Counted from the whole stretch's first letter, positions 12,700-24,962 are shown. The stretch is DNA of 63,249 bases, filler included, from Craspedostauros australis (GCA_030167865.1; 10 parts of 10 records of this genome joined end to end with filler, not necessarily neighbours in it), one strand, 5' to 3'. The notes: a model not told the origin generated them from the letters alone. Made by a program: numbers and translations.

Positions 12700-12996
12700 N
12701 NNNNNNNNNNNNNNNNNNNNNNNNNNNNNNNNNNNNNNNNNNNTTAATTAATTAANNNNNNNNNNNNNNNNNNNNNNNNNNNNNNNNNNNNNNNNNNNNA
12801 TACGATAGCAATGAAATTTGAACGGTGACGACAACACTCCAAACGCACACCCGTCTCTGTTGTGATTCTTTGAGAGCAGGGCAGAGCAGCGAAGAGCCAT
12901 CAATTTGTGGTTTCGTTGGGAGACCAGGCGCACTTACCTGGTTTGATCGATTTCCCAACTTGTCAACTTGGATCACGAGTAGAAAACAATGCGAAT

Positions 12997-13196
12997 TAAA
13001 TAGCCGTCATTCGACTCAAATAGCCGTCATTCGATTCAAATAGCCGCGACTCGACTTAAATAGCCGTTATTTGATTTAAATAGCCGTCATTCGATTCAAA
13101 TAGCCGCGACTCGACTTAAATAGCCGTCATTAGATTTAAATAGCCGTCACTCGATTCAAATAGCCGTCATTAGAATTAAATAGCCGTCATTCGAAT
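12997..13196. repeat. 20-bp minisatellite (AAATAGCCGTCATTCGATTC-like) x ~10
   Basis: AAATAGCCG recurs every 20 bp. Confidence 0.95.
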
Positions 13197-13573
13197 TATT
13201 TAGAATGTCGAACTACATGGTTTCTTAACTGACGGGACTCGATCAAGCCGGCGAGCTGCATCGTTGCCTCGCTGTGTTTATCCGAAATAGGACCAACAGG
13301 ATGCCTCCATAAGTTCTTCGAAGGAAGACTTGTTCTTCATCGATGTCAAAACGTCGCATGTGGCTTTCTCGTGTCGGGGGTGACAAAATCGTTCTTGGGT
13401 GTCGAATTAGTCGTACTAGTCGATTTTTGTTTCCGTTGCTTTTTGCCGGTTGTCCCAGAACAAGGAGAAATTGGAGAACGATCCACATGGTCGAAGAAAT
13501 CGAACGTGCACAACGGATGACAGCCAGTCGTTATAATTGATACATTTACCGCGTGTTGTTCCAATACGATGCA

Positions 13574-13718
13574 GATGGTATCTTCGAACAAGCGGAACAT
13601 CCAACGTGATCGTCATGGCAGAAATGCGAAGCCTTCTGTGAATGATTGTTCATTCGTTGCGGAGCACGAAGGTCTTGCTTGCTATGTAAGATCTGCGCTT
13701 CGCATTGCTCCCCAATAG
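13574..13718 (+). repeat. ~145-bp dispersed repeat; second copy at ~26107-26250
   Basis: GATGGTATCTT...CAAGCGGAACATCCAACGTGATCG...CCCAATAG is near-identical in both places. Confidence 0.85.
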
Positions 13719-13805
13719 AGAGGTTTCGTATTCCACTCAGCCTTTCCCACGAGGGAGTCATAACCTGATAGAGACATTTTTCCAGGGGTGGCGAGAAATC
13801 ACCCC

Positions 13806-13868
13806 CTCTCTGAGTGGAATGGATTTCCATTTCTGCACAAGAAATGGAAATTAATTCCACTCAGAGAG
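13806..13868. repeat. Hairpin with 29-bp arms (2 mismatches) and 5-nt loop
   Basis: CTCTCTGAGTGGAATggATTTCCATTTCT-gcaca-AGAAATGGAAATtaATTCCACTCAGAGAG. Confidence 0.9.
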
Positions 13869-14232
13869 TCCTGGCAAAAGTGTCACTTCCACATGGATAA
13901 TAAACTTTGGCCAATCATGTTGTGTCATTTCGTTCTAGTTTAGTCCTTCTTGTCCTTCACATCTGTCTACATTGGCCGCCATCGTAGACTTTTGCGTTCG
14001 TTTTGGAACAACAAAGAGAAAAACATCATCCATCACATCGCCATCACATCGCCATCGCTCGATTCTCTCATCTCGATTCTCTCATTCCAAGACAATCATC
14101 CGTCACAATCCACCTCATGACTACACCTCGATGCTCCACTTCGACCAATACCTTGCACGAAACATCAACATTCCCACCACATACCACCACCTGTGTCGTT
14201 TCTGACGTATAGTCTGCTTCCCTCTATTCGTC

Positions 14233-14550
14233 ATGGACGGCTCCCCTCCTCCCGCAGCTCCATCTATCGCCCCGTTGGAGACCAGCAGCGACAGCAAGGT
14301 CACGCCGAGTGGAACGACCGGCGCACTGGCGACCTTCGTCTTCCCACCATCAGTGTTGGGCAAGGATGAGAAACTCCCACCTGGTTTCGAATGCTGCACT
14401 TTTAGGTTCACGGTGGCGCAGCCTCAAGCCAAAGTTGGTGCTGCCTTCGACGCAAGCAACGGCAACAATGTCGATGCGATGACCGACTCTGGGAAGCCTC
14501 GCGCTTCGCCATCTGTCATCCATCAGCCTCCGGCGGAACCATTGCCACCA

Positions 14551-14611
<61 letters not shown>

Positions 14612-14646
14612 GCAGCAGCAACAGCAGCATCAGCATCAGCATCAGC

Positions 14647-14710
<64 letters not shown>

Positions 14711-14926
14711 GCGATCTCCTCCAGCTCGTGTTGAATCAGCAACAAATGATGCTCAACATGAACCGCCATCTGGAGGAGGATAGGAACCGGATGCAGCGCG
14801 AGACCTCGCAGTTGCGCGAGTCGCAAATGCAACTCTCGTCCGATGTCAGGTCTCTTGTCAACGCCATGTCCGAAGCTCGACACCACCAGAGGCACGACAC
14901 CGACACCAACCACAACAACAACAACA

Positions 14927-14959
<33 letters not shown>

Positions 14960-15003
14960 AGAACAGCAACAGCCGCAACGGCAACGACGACGCGGGAAAA
15001 TGA
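14233..15003 (+). CDS. Hypothetical low-complexity protein (poly-SN, poly-N, short coiled coil); possibly the first exon of a longer gene
   Basis: 256-aa ORF containing (AGCAAC)n, (AAC)n and (GAC)n microsatellites and a heptad-like segment. No recognisable domain. Confidence 0.45.
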
Positions 15004-15398
15004 TACTCACCCATTCTTTCGTCTCTGCATATTTCCACATTCCATACCTTCTTTCCTGCAACCCCTCACATTTCGCAACACATCAACCCACCCATTCGTC
15101 GTTACTTTCGCCGATCCAATTCGCCGATCCATCCTTCAATGCATGCATCCATTCATTCATTCCTCTCTCCACGCACGAGACACTCCGCCACAGCATACAG
15201 AGCGACACCAAGTAGAGAAGCCGATGCACTGAATCCCTTGTGCGCACAGCTGCATGCTTCCTTCCGCGTTGACATGCATTCCATCAGAAAACCATTCCCA
15301 GCATTCGCTCACCGCACGCAGCACAACCCACACAACACAAATGCCCGCGCGCCATGAGTACTACATAATAGTAAGTTGAATACGTATTACATGTACCT

Positions 15399-16082
15399 AG
15401 TTGAGATTCAATGAGGGACAGACTATTACCGGACACGGTATCAACCCGATGGGAGAAATTCTTGTTTTGGCGCGAAATCTTCCGACTTGATTGACCACCA
15501 AATCTTTTCTCCTCCTTCCCCTCCTCATTCACGAATCCATCATGACTCAAGCATGACCGACCTGACTCACACCTCACCTTGGGAACTATATGCTCCTCAC
15601 ATCCTTTTACTACAACACACCTCGATTCCCTCCATGCTGACGGCTACTGCATTATTGCCGTAGTCTCAACATGTGTATCCAACTTGCTTCAACCTGAGCA
15701 ATGGAATCCGAGGGTCAGCTCCAGCCACAACCACTGCTTCATGACTGTCACCAACATGCATCATGATCTACACTGCAGTGTATCTACATGTATGGAGAGC
15801 AAGGCACTGTTATGATCATCTACCCTCAAGCACTGAACCAAGTACATCAGTGCAGGGTCTTGCCAAGTTGTGTGGCATCATTTCTTCACCCTACTAACAC
15901 TACAAGCTATCACAGAATAAACAGACAAGGATTAGCTACAAAGCGCTCTTCTACTCATCGTTACAGTAACAACTCTTCAATCAGTACACCTCTCTTGAAC
16001 TGCATCACGCGGCTATCTCGAAGCCGGCAGATTCATGAGGCATCCTCCACCGATTCGTGTCAACTACACTCGAATCCTAACT
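15399..16082 (+). mobile_element. LTR-like element family AB (~685 bp, ends AGTTG...TAACT)
   Basis: Colinear with the copies at 49587-50271, 45659-47070 (interrupted) and 61244-61420 (partial). No TSD is seen for this copy. Confidence 0.8.
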
Positions 16083-16200
16083 CCTACCATGAAAAATGAA
16101 ATTGGAAGAGAAAGTGAGATTGCGCTCACAGTTCTAAAACAGTACAGTTTCTAACAGCGGAATAGACTACAGTACTAACAGAAACCCCGGATTTCCAACA

Positions 16201-18235
16201 ATCAAGACTCCCAACAATGGAACATCATGACGACGATGTATCCAACACAAATGAAGACGAGAGTGTCCCACTTTCGTACATGTCAACACGGGAAACCGAA
16301 AATGAGGAATTCCCGATGAAACCAGCACTGGTTGAGAAACACCAGAAAAGGACAAATCGTTGCAACGAACAATTAAGATGAGTCCGGATGAAAAATACCA
16401 GACTAAAAGAGGTCGAAGGAGTCCAACTTGTACACTACAAGGACAAGATATTTGCGCCAACAGAAGTGCGCGCCAAAATAACCGATTGGTACCACCATTA
16501 CCTTGTACACCCCGGGCGAACCCGGATGGAGGCAACCATTAGACAATTGTTCTACTGGCCAGGATTAACAGCAGACATCGCTGACCGCTGCATATCCTGT
16601 AAACAATGCCAACTCTCTAAGAAGAACCAAAAGAAGTATGGTCACTTACCAGCGAAACAAGCTGAAGTAAACCCATGAAAAAGGGTCAACGTCGACCTCA
16701 TTGGGCCATACACGATCACCACTCCATCAAAAAAGAAGTGTGAGATGAGAGCAATAACAGTGATTGATCCAGCAACTGGACGGTTTGGAATTGCCACAAT
16801 TGGCAAACCAAACAATGATGAAACCTAAAAGGCCTTTGATAGCCAATGGCTCGCATATCACCCACGAACTCCTGCTCTCTACGATGTGCAATATCTTCAA
16901 CATCAAGAGGAAAACCACTAGTAGCTACAACCTACAAGGGAATGCCATCGTAGAGCGAATCCATCAGGTATTGGACGATGCGTTCTGCACGTTCAAACTA
17001 GATGCGATGGAATATGAAGGTGAAGAACCTTGGGAGCCCTTCCTGACGGCAGTTGCCTATGCAGTAAGGACCACGTACCACACCACACTCCAAGCAACCC
17101 TTGGACAATTGGTGTTTGGACATGTCGAGATGTACATGTGAGTATATGTCGAGGTGTACATGTATATGTGCATCGTTCACCCGCTATTCTCTCATACGCA
17201 CTTGGACGGTATAACTACATTCATGTTGATAGTATGCTGTGATTCGTCAGAATTACAGGGGAAATGGAACACACAAAAAGGGGCAAGATTTCTGGAGGAA
17301 ATTTGCAAATTACGATTTCTGAGAGAATCAGAAGATCGTCCGTCCATGCATCAATGGTACCAAGAGAATCTCGAGGTACTTCCCAACTAAACCTCAGATG
17401 NNNATATCATCTGACAGACTACTGCATCACCAATGGAACGTGACATCTGGAGAGCAGAAGGACGCCTACTGACGTCGACAGGATGTCATTGTGTCACCAC
17501 GTCAACATCTGTCTCCAAGTCAGAGCAGGAGGCGAAGATCCGATGACCCATGAAGATCATGGATACTGAAGATGAACTTCAAATGGTAAGTACTCATGGA
17601 GTAGGAACCAGTACTGAATGAACGGAGTGTCGAATGCGGAGTACGTATCGAACACGGAGTATCGTGTAGCACGAACACACGATGTAGAGAGAGAGAGAAA
17701 GAGAGAATACAGAGAGGAGCGAGAGAGCATCTCGCGCACCGACTCATAGTCGGAGACTGAATCTACGAAACAGATTGAAGCGCCGAGAGCATCGGGCAAG
17801 ACAACTGGTGTACACCGAGAGGATCGGAGTAACCAACTAATGAAATAGCAAACGAACGACTATCAACCAACACCATCTTCCACGATCGTAGGTTACCGTG
17901 AGCGGAACTTGCCAACATGGACAAGACATGCTCCTACCAGCCCGATTCAAAGTCGACTGGGCTCACATCGCACAATGTAAACAGCATGCAATCAATCGAT
18001 CCAATCAAAGAGAAAACTCTCTCAAAGGATTGCACACCAATACAAAATTGGGGACAAAGTCTTAGTAACTAAGCCAGGCATCCTTCCAAAGATGGCACAG
18101 CCACGGGAAGGACCATACACCGTCAAGGACGTATTTACGAATGGCACACTCCTAGTACAGAAAGGGATAGTAACTGAACGCATCAACTTGCGTCAGATCA
18201 TCCCATTCTTCGAGTAGTGACCATCAGGAAGCGAG
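16201..18235 (+). mobile_element. Degraded Ty3/gypsy pol (integrase region), interrupted by a solo LTR
   Basis: HHYLVHPG...WPGL...CKQCQ zinc-binding motif, VDLIGP, NAIVERIHQ and LGQLVFG. After the insertion the frame resumes with QDMLLP...KIGDKVL...EGPY...IPFFE*, then a purine-rich tract. Confidence 0.85.
17123..17917 (+). mobile_element. Solo LTR family G (795 bp, TGTCG...CAACA) with 6-bp TSD TGGACA
   Basis: TGGACA at 17117-17122 and 17918-17923. Removing the insert restores the integrase reading. Inverted copy at 24963-25836 and diverged copy at ~47160-47832. Confidence 0.9.
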
Positions 18236-18647
18236 TGCCCTAGACGGCAGGCTAGATAGACTATTGGTGACACAAGACCTAGACTTGTGCACAATAGATA
18301 CTAGTCATCAAGAAGTCACCCAAGCAATCACATTGCCAGTCACACCTACGAGTCGTGTTAACAGTCAATCAAGACTGACGAGTCGTGAATCAAAATTGAA
18401 ATCAACTTGATCAAGACTCAAACTGAAGTCGGATGAGTCAAGGTTCCAACTGGAAGTCTGATTAGTCAAAGCTCCAGTTGGAGGAATGATTGGTCAAGAT
18501 TCAATCGTACAAATATATGCATATGAAAAGGAATATCGCCATCCAAACCCTGACCTCCATCCAAAACGAGAAGTCTAACAGAGAGTGGCGCAGGTTTGGG
18601 ATAAGGCACAAACAACATGATCTCGAAATGCATGAATACGATTGACA
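18236..18647 (+). repeat. Probable 3' LTR of the gypsy element
   Basis: Begins with TG directly after the purine tract CAGGAAGCGAG that follows the integrase stop. The right end (TTGACA) is a guess. Confidence 0.5.
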
Positions 18648-18779
18648 AGAGGTGCAGACTGCAGAAGGGAGAGAGATAGCTCAGGTAATCATAATTTTGA
18701 TCTTACATCATCAACAACAACATTCATTATCATTAGCAATCGTATGAACATCAATCGTCCGCCGGCATAAGGCACCATG

Positions 18780-18895
18780 CTAAAAGTGTCGCTCATGGTC
18801 TTCAAGTTCTTGATTCGGCAGTTCAAGCGCTCGTGTCGGCAACGAGCGCGGCTCTTGAACTTCGCGTCATCTTGTGGCGAACAATCCTGTTCTTG
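18780..18895 (-). pseudogene. C-terminal fragment of a PIF/Harbinger-like DDE transposase
   Basis: AKFKSRARCRHERLNCRIKNLKTMSDTF resembles the R-x-R-H-E-x-x-N-x-R-x-K helix carrying the catalytic Glu. Confidence 0.55.
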
Positions 18896-19196
18896 GGGCC
18901 TGCACACCAATCGCCAACCCACACACAAACAGCTCAAGCGAGTCCCGCGACCTGTGTGCTTCCACCAAAAAATGCATTTGCAGTGCATTAAATGCACTTT
19001 CAGTTGTGCATCAGATTGATTCGTGACTTAAACAACTACAGTCACAATGGCGGTCATTTGACACCAATAGACGATCTCGTTAAATACAATACTTAACGAC
19101 ACGACATTTACTGGTCATTTTCAGCGAATGCAACGACACAGATTGTGGAGGCAAGACTAATTCGATTAAACAGTCTCGATTCATCTCTCTGGTCAA

Positions 19197-22100
19197 ATGA
19201 GTCAAACGACACACGTTTCAATGGACTTGCTGGGTGTCCCTGGAGTCCTGCACACAAGAGTTCCAGTGAAAGCGAGCCATAGGTACCACGATCTTCCCGA
19301 AGACATGAGTTCAAGTGATGCCCATCACTGCGGTCACAACGACCAAGACAATCAGGGAAGCAGCAGCAGGAGGAACAACAGCAGGAGGAGCTTTACTCTT
19401 AGCGAAGACGCTGGCGGCGGCAACCATTCCAGGCGAAATGGCGTCATGGGATCAGAATCCAATGGCGATAGCGAGAACAGCAGAGAGCACGGAAATTCAT
19501 CACCACCACTACCACAGCGATCATTCGAAGACATTGACATTGACAGCGACAGCGACAGCAATGGAGGCGATAGTGATGTTGCTATAGCGAGCGTTGAAAC
19601 CCCATCAGTCAATACGTTGGATGACACCGTTGAAAGCACAGTCCAAAGCACCGTTGAAAGCACAGTCCAAAGCACCGTTGAAAGCACGCTGGGTAGCACA
19701 CAGGACACTCCACAGCCCAACCCTGCCCAGGTACCTTCTTTGCTGGAATCGACATTGCAATCGACACCAACATCAACAGCATCCGCATCATCCGCACCAT
19801 CCATCAATATTCTGACGTTGGCAGAGCCTGGTGCCCAGCCAGCGACGCTTGATAACCGAACTCCATCCGTGGGTTTCCATGTCGGCAATCGCACTGACGC
19901 TCACATCGATCCAGAGCCTTCTCAGCCTCCCAACCGAGGTCGCAGTCACGATCGCAATCATTCCGTCCACAGTGCACGGTCGCTGTCAATCAACGGCCGT
20001 CGCTACTCTACAACAAGCCTCCAATCCAACTTCTCCCAAGCAAATTCGATCACCCGGTCGCAACGACGACGACGCAGCAGTGGCATGCAGAGCATTGACC
20101 GCAAGGTGCGATCTTCCCGCACCCGTCCTCGGAAGCAGGTCACGCAAACCGATCGCTTCAACCAAATCCAATCTCACCTCCAAAAGGAAGACGCCTCGAA
20201 AACGCAACGTGCGTCTCATCAACAATCAACCGACGACAGAAAACAGAGACATGAAGCCAAGCTTGATCGACCTCGGCGAAAGCAACACAACATATCCTCC
20301 GACGATGATGCTTCCCATGGCAGCAACTCACCCATCCGAAGTACCGCTAAGAAAAGGCGCCAGTCGCATGACAGCTCATCTTCAGAATCTTCTTACATTC
20401 AATTCGGATCTACCAGCGGAGTCCGCCTGGGAGACCTCTTCAGTGACCAAACAACGATCGCCGATGATCTTTCCGGTGCGTACCATGCTTCTGAGAATAC
20501 CAATCGCGGCAGCAACGGACGCGTCGATAGCAGCCCTGGCTTGGACCTTCAGCTGGATGCAACGGATCCAAATCAAAAGGCTCCGATCATGGCGACGCTG
20601 GCGCCTTGCGTTGATCAGGTTCGGGAAGGTCTCAGGGACGAAATCACGCAAGAGCTTCGAATCCAACAACAGAGTGCGAGGGTGCCATACGATTACACTC
20701 ACCTTCAAACTGCTATCGTGGTGGCGAGCGACGGGACGGCCGTGGATATGGAGAACACCATGCTCGCCGACGGACGAAGTGAAAACCTCCACGAGAACAA
20801 CGACGAGTCAGACAGAAATGCTGCAGTCGCTCAACGCAAGCGCCGGCAATTGCAGATAGTGGCAATTACCATCTGTTTACTCAGCACAATCGGAATTGTC
20901 GTAGCTGTCATCCTTGCCACAGGCGCGGGCACAGATGCTAGCAATGGCAGTGCCGGCAGTGCCGTCGGAAACAACGAAACAGACGACCAGGTGGGATTTA
21001 GCAACACTTCATCTCCGACCATCATGCCAACACTGTCTCCGACCTCCCCGACAACTGAAGAATCAGGTTTTCCGACTGAGGAAACGGCCATCGACCTTCT
21101 CGTCAGCATCATCGGCCCTGCCTTGATGGGGCCGCCTTCCTTCACCAACACAACGGTATTCATGGACAAAGAATCAGACGAATATCAAACCATGCTGTGG
21201 ATGTCAACCTCCGATCAACGGACTGCGGAGTTGATGCTGCGTAACGGCCCGTCCGACGCCGCGCACCTGCTGGAACGCTACATCGTCTCCAAGATGCACC
21301 GCGCTATGAATGGATTCGTGTGGAGAAACCAGCCCAACTTCCTCACCGACATGGACATCTGCCTGTGGAACCAAGTGGAACCCCAAGAATATGGTATTTT
21401 CTGCGATCCGGAAGGCTTTGTCCAATCCATCATGTTCATCGACAACAACATGAAAGGCACCATCCCGTTGGACTTCTACCAATTGTCCAATCTACAGAAT
21501 GTATGCTTCAACATCAACTTCAAAATCACTGGGACGATTTCGTCGTACATCGGCAACTTGCGCAACCTGGCTACTTTCCAAGCCCACTCAACCAGCCTCA
21601 GCGGATCAATCCCAACAGAAATTGGATTGCTGGCGGACCTGATGCAACTGTACCTACCCTCCACACGACTCTCTGGGGAAATTCCGTCAGAGCTCGGGCG
21701 CCTCACGGCGCTGACCCAGCTTGACCTCCTCAAAAATCAGATCTCCGGCACGATCCCAACTGAACTGGGGGATTGCACGAGCATGGTCATTTTGGGAATG
21801 CATGACATGCCAAAGCTGAACGGGACTTTACCATCCGAACTGGGGAGGATGACGAGGCTGGTCAACGGCTTCTTCTCAGACACGGGCCTGAGCGGAACAG
21901 TTCCCTCGTCTTTCGCCCAGATGTTCAACCTGTTCCAATTCCACATTGGAGGATCCAGGATCACTGGCAACCTGGATCCGATCTTTTGCAGCGACAGCAC
22001 GGTCCCGGCAGACATGTGGAGCGACTGCAGACCGGATCTTGTCAATGGTAACCCAGCCCGCGTGGCATGCAGCTGTTGCGCAGGCTGTTGCAGCGACGGC

Positions 22101-22325
22101 CAGGCATGCGAGTACCGAATACCGCAACACGCCGAATGCAACAGAAATTGCGTCGCCTGCGATACTTATGGCAAAGGTGTCTATGCGTCGACCTGCGAAT
22201 CGTGTCCGTCCTTCCATGATCCCGACACGAAAGAGACTGTGCATCAGTGCTCCGGCTCGTGCCAATGGAATTCAACAGAGGGCGTTTGCCAGACCAGAAC
22301 ACCCGGATTCTACAGTGGTGATTGA
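19197..22325 (+). CDS. Leucine-rich-repeat single-pass membrane protein (diatom LRR receptor-like, no kinase)
   Basis: 1042-aa ORF: disordered N-half, RKRR followed by a TM helix (IVAITICLLSTIGIVVAVILA), a PTxSPT stalk, plant-type LRRs (LSGSIPTEIGLL, LSGEIPSELGRL) and a Cys-rich tail. Confidence 0.92.
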   Translation: MSQTTHVSMDLLGVPGVLHTRVPVKASHRYHDLPEDMSSSDAHHCGHNDQDNQGSSSRRNNSRRSFTLSEDAGGGNHSRRNGVMGSESNGDSENSREHGNSSPPLPQRSFEDIDIDSDSDSNGGDSDVAIASVETPSVNTLDDTVESTVQSTVESTVQSTVESTLGSTQDTPQPNPAQVPSLLESTLQSTPTSTASASSAPSINILTLAEPGAQPATLDNRTPSVGFHVGNRTDAHIDPEPSQPPNRGRSHDRNHSVHSARSLSINGRRYSTTSLQSNFSQANSITRSQRRRRSSGMQSIDRKVRSSRTRPRKQVTQTDRFNQIQSHLQKEDASKTQRASHQQSTDDRKQRHEAKLDRPRRKQHNISSDDDASHGSNSPIRSTAKKRRQSHDSSSSESSYIQFGSTSGVRLGDLFSDQTTIADDLSGAYHASENTNRGSNGRVDSSPGLDLQLDATDPNQKAPIMATLAPCVDQVREGLRDEITQELRIQQQSARVPYDYTHLQTAIVVASDGTAVDMENTMLADGRSENLHENNDESDRNAAVAQRKRRQLQIVAITICLLSTIGIVVAVILATGAGTDASNGSAGSAVGNNETDDQVGFSNTSSPTIMPTLSPTSPTTEESGFPTEETAIDLLVSIIGPALMGPPSFTNTTVFMDKESDEYQTMLWMSTSDQRTAELMLRNGPSDAAHLLERYIVSKMHRAMNGFVWRNQPNFLTDMDICLWNQVEPQEYGIFCDPEGFVQSIMFIDNNMKGTIPLDFYQLSNLQNVCFNINFKITGTISSYIGNLRNLATFQAHSTSLSGSIPTEIGLLADLMQLYLPSTRLSGEIPSELGRLTALTQLDLLKNQISGTIPTELGDCTSMVILGMHDMPKLNGTLPSELGRMTRLVNGFFSDTGLSGTVPSSFAQMFNLFQFHIGGSRITGNLDPIFCSDSTVPADMWSDCRPDLVNGNPARVACSCCAGCCSDGQACEYRIPQHAECNRNCVACDTYGKGVYASTCESCPSFHDPDTKETVHQCSGSCQWNSTEGVCQTRTPGFYSGD

Positions 22326-22709
22326 GGAAACACATCAGAGGAGCCCCCATCCCGTCCCGTCACAAATGAAACTGCGCAAAGAGTTGATGGGACAGCAGCT
22401 CCCATGAAAGGTACCTACATCCCACGTGCACGAACGGAGTTATGCGCACCTGCGCTCATCCCCGATGTATAGGACCCACTCGAGTGAACGAAGGTGCAGT
22501 CGTGCCTGATAGTGACTTAAACTTTAACAAAATAAGTACATATTCGGAATCTACGTAAAATTCTGTCGAGGGGTATTTAATTTAAAAATCGGGAGAGTTG
22601 TGGATCAAAAGTTATAGACCTTGCAATAGTTTTTGTCTTCGGCCGTTGTAGACCTTCCTTAGACTTCGCCGGGTATCGCCAAAACTCGCTGATGATGTCA
22701 CACCTGTTC

Positions 22710-23530
22710 CTATTTTGAATTATTTGTCGCTTGCAATCTGGTTCTGACACGATTCACAATTTTCCACGCCACATTTTCCTTCAATGTTTCCGCACTTTCG
22801 ACTGTTTGTTTTGCCGCATGTAGATGCAAATCATCGTGGGTTTGCTCCAAATTCTCGTCTTCCTTGGCTTTGCACCGTCCAAATTCTTCTTCGTCACAAC
22901 CAGAATCGTGCAGCGTTGGTTGCGCACTGGTGCTCGCAGCCACACTTACCATTGTGCACTCCGTTGTTTCAGCGGTTTTTGACTTCTTTTCTTGTTCTTT
23001 TTTGAACTTGAGATAGTCCATGGTGAGGTATGCTTTTACTCTCAGTGGTGATACGTGTAGTTGAGCGTGCCAGTCTGTTCTCACCCGTTCCATCGTCATC
23101 AGTTGTCGGTGTGCGTCGTACTCCACTATTCTGTTCCTTGAGTCATGGCAAGCAAGTACGCAGATTTTGATCAGCTCTGCCAACACATAGTCAGGATAGG
23201 CTCAAACGATCGAGTCTTCTTTGCGGCGCAACCCGGTGTTGTAGCAGGAGGAAGATCCATAGCAGCAGTTGTATCCTTCCACATTGCGTCGAGCCAGCAG
23301 TTTCCATGAGGTTGTTGCAAAGGGCTGTTTTGAATACATTCGCTTCATTCTGTTTCACACTCTTCTGGGCTTTACGCCTCATCTTTGCCTTTTTGTATCA
23401 ACTGGTACTGGTTGGCGTGACTACTTGTGGTCTTCCTTCACCGTCGCGCCAAGTTCGTTCACAACGGAGCACTCCCAAGCCTCTTCCTCCACCATTTTGG
23501 CATTGGTGACATTCGAAGCTTCAATTAACC
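22710..23530 (-). pseudogene. Degraded copy of an unknown multicopy ORF (homologous to 32610-32975)
   Basis: Shared peptide EANVFKTA(L/I)C.NLMETA...YxLAEL.KICV, broken by frameshifts and stops. Confidence 0.6.
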
Positions 23531-23747
23531 AAGCTTTCTCATCCTCGTATTGAATCTCGTGAGTGTTGGGAACACCAAGCATGTTTGCAGACCATNNNNN
23601 NNNNNNNNTCGTACAGTGAGTCAGCCACTTGCCCTTCAATAGGGAAGCGTCAACCAGCAACATCGTGGTGCCTTTGATGTCTCCAAATCGCAGGGCTTTC
23701 AAGATGATCGCCATCACCTGTTGCCTCATCATCATTGCCATCCCTGC

Positions 23748-24962
23748 TGCCAAAGTGCACAAGTAACTACTGAAGACGTATTGGCCCGTTGTTGTGTGCC
23801 CTGGTCAAAGCTCTTGTTCTTTTATTGTGAGTTGTCCGAAGACAATCCCCCGACCAGTATATGGACTATTATGATTAGTAGAGAGGTAAAAGGTACAGAG
23901 AAAGCTGTCACGCCCATTGATCTCAAGGTGGACCCCTGTAGAACAGGCTTGTGGCAAGAAGTGTTAGTGTTGGCCTCACCAATGCCTTGGTGAGCATGTC
24001 AGCGAAGTTCTGAGCCGATGGGACGTGGACTGGAACCAGTGTCCCAGCTCCCACAGCCTCACGGACTCAGTGAAATGATATTGCCACATGCTTCTTTTGC
24101 AATAGGCTGTCTGCGATCGTCGTTTTCGAGATCACCACATTGTTGTCGCAGAATGTGACCGTCGATGATTGGACACGGACTCCCCAGCGATCAGAGTGCG
24201 TATCGGAGTGCAATGATTTCTTCTGTCACTGATCGCATCGCGTTGAATTCTGCTCCGTATGTAGACGTTGTGACTCATGTCTGCCGCTTGCTCAAGAAGT
24301 ACACAGGCGTCCTGCTGAGGAAAAGGATGATCCCGGTGTTTGATTGGCGTGTGACAAGATCGTGCGCATGGTCAGCATCGACGAATGCATACATTGGCAG
24401 CTCCGGATAGATTGGCTTTGGTGACCAGTCGTCGACGTCCTCCTGTGCCTCAGGGTATTCTTCCTTCATTTGCACCACCAATTCTGAGTTGGACAGCGTC
24501 GAGTTGAAATTGTCGAATATCATGGGTCTGGAGTCGATTTGTGTTCTGAGTGTGGACATACTCTTGAGATAGCTCCATATCTTGAGTGCTCTTGCTAGAT
24601 GTCCTTTCCGTGGTGATGCAGTGAATTGAGAGAGTGAAGAAGTTGCAAAGGTGACGTCGAAACGTCCATGTTGAATGACCCAGTTCAGCATGCCGATGAG
24701 CTGCTGGAACTGTTGGTGTTTGTCTGGTGTGAGTAGTTTGGAGTCATCCGTTTCCAGATGGTCCTTGTCCCACATGGGAACATACTGGTCATGGAGTGTT
24801 CCATGCTGCCGTTCGATGTTCTCCATCACGTTTGCGATGTATTTGTCACATCCAACGCTCCATTTGTCTTTCACATTCCTGGAATCGTCGTTGCCCAGAT
24901 TGTATTTGGGTGGTCCAATGTCTTTGATGGTGTAGACTTGCTGGATGACCTTCATGTATGGG
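23748..24962 (-). mobile_element. Truncated, decayed Copia: end of RT, RNase H and 3' LTR (23748-23910)
   Basis: The protein aligns with the pol at 33415-37407 (IGMLNW, FVDADHAHD, KKHVAISFH). The LTR is homologous to 33248-33417. Confidence 0.9.

Noticed and set aside
12997..13196. CRISPR-like array
   Set aside because: The units are contiguous 20-mers with no unique spacers, there are no cas genes, and the context is eukaryotic.
14350..14913. Poly-Val and poly-Leu ORFs on the minus strand
   Set aside because: They are antisense readings of microsatellites.
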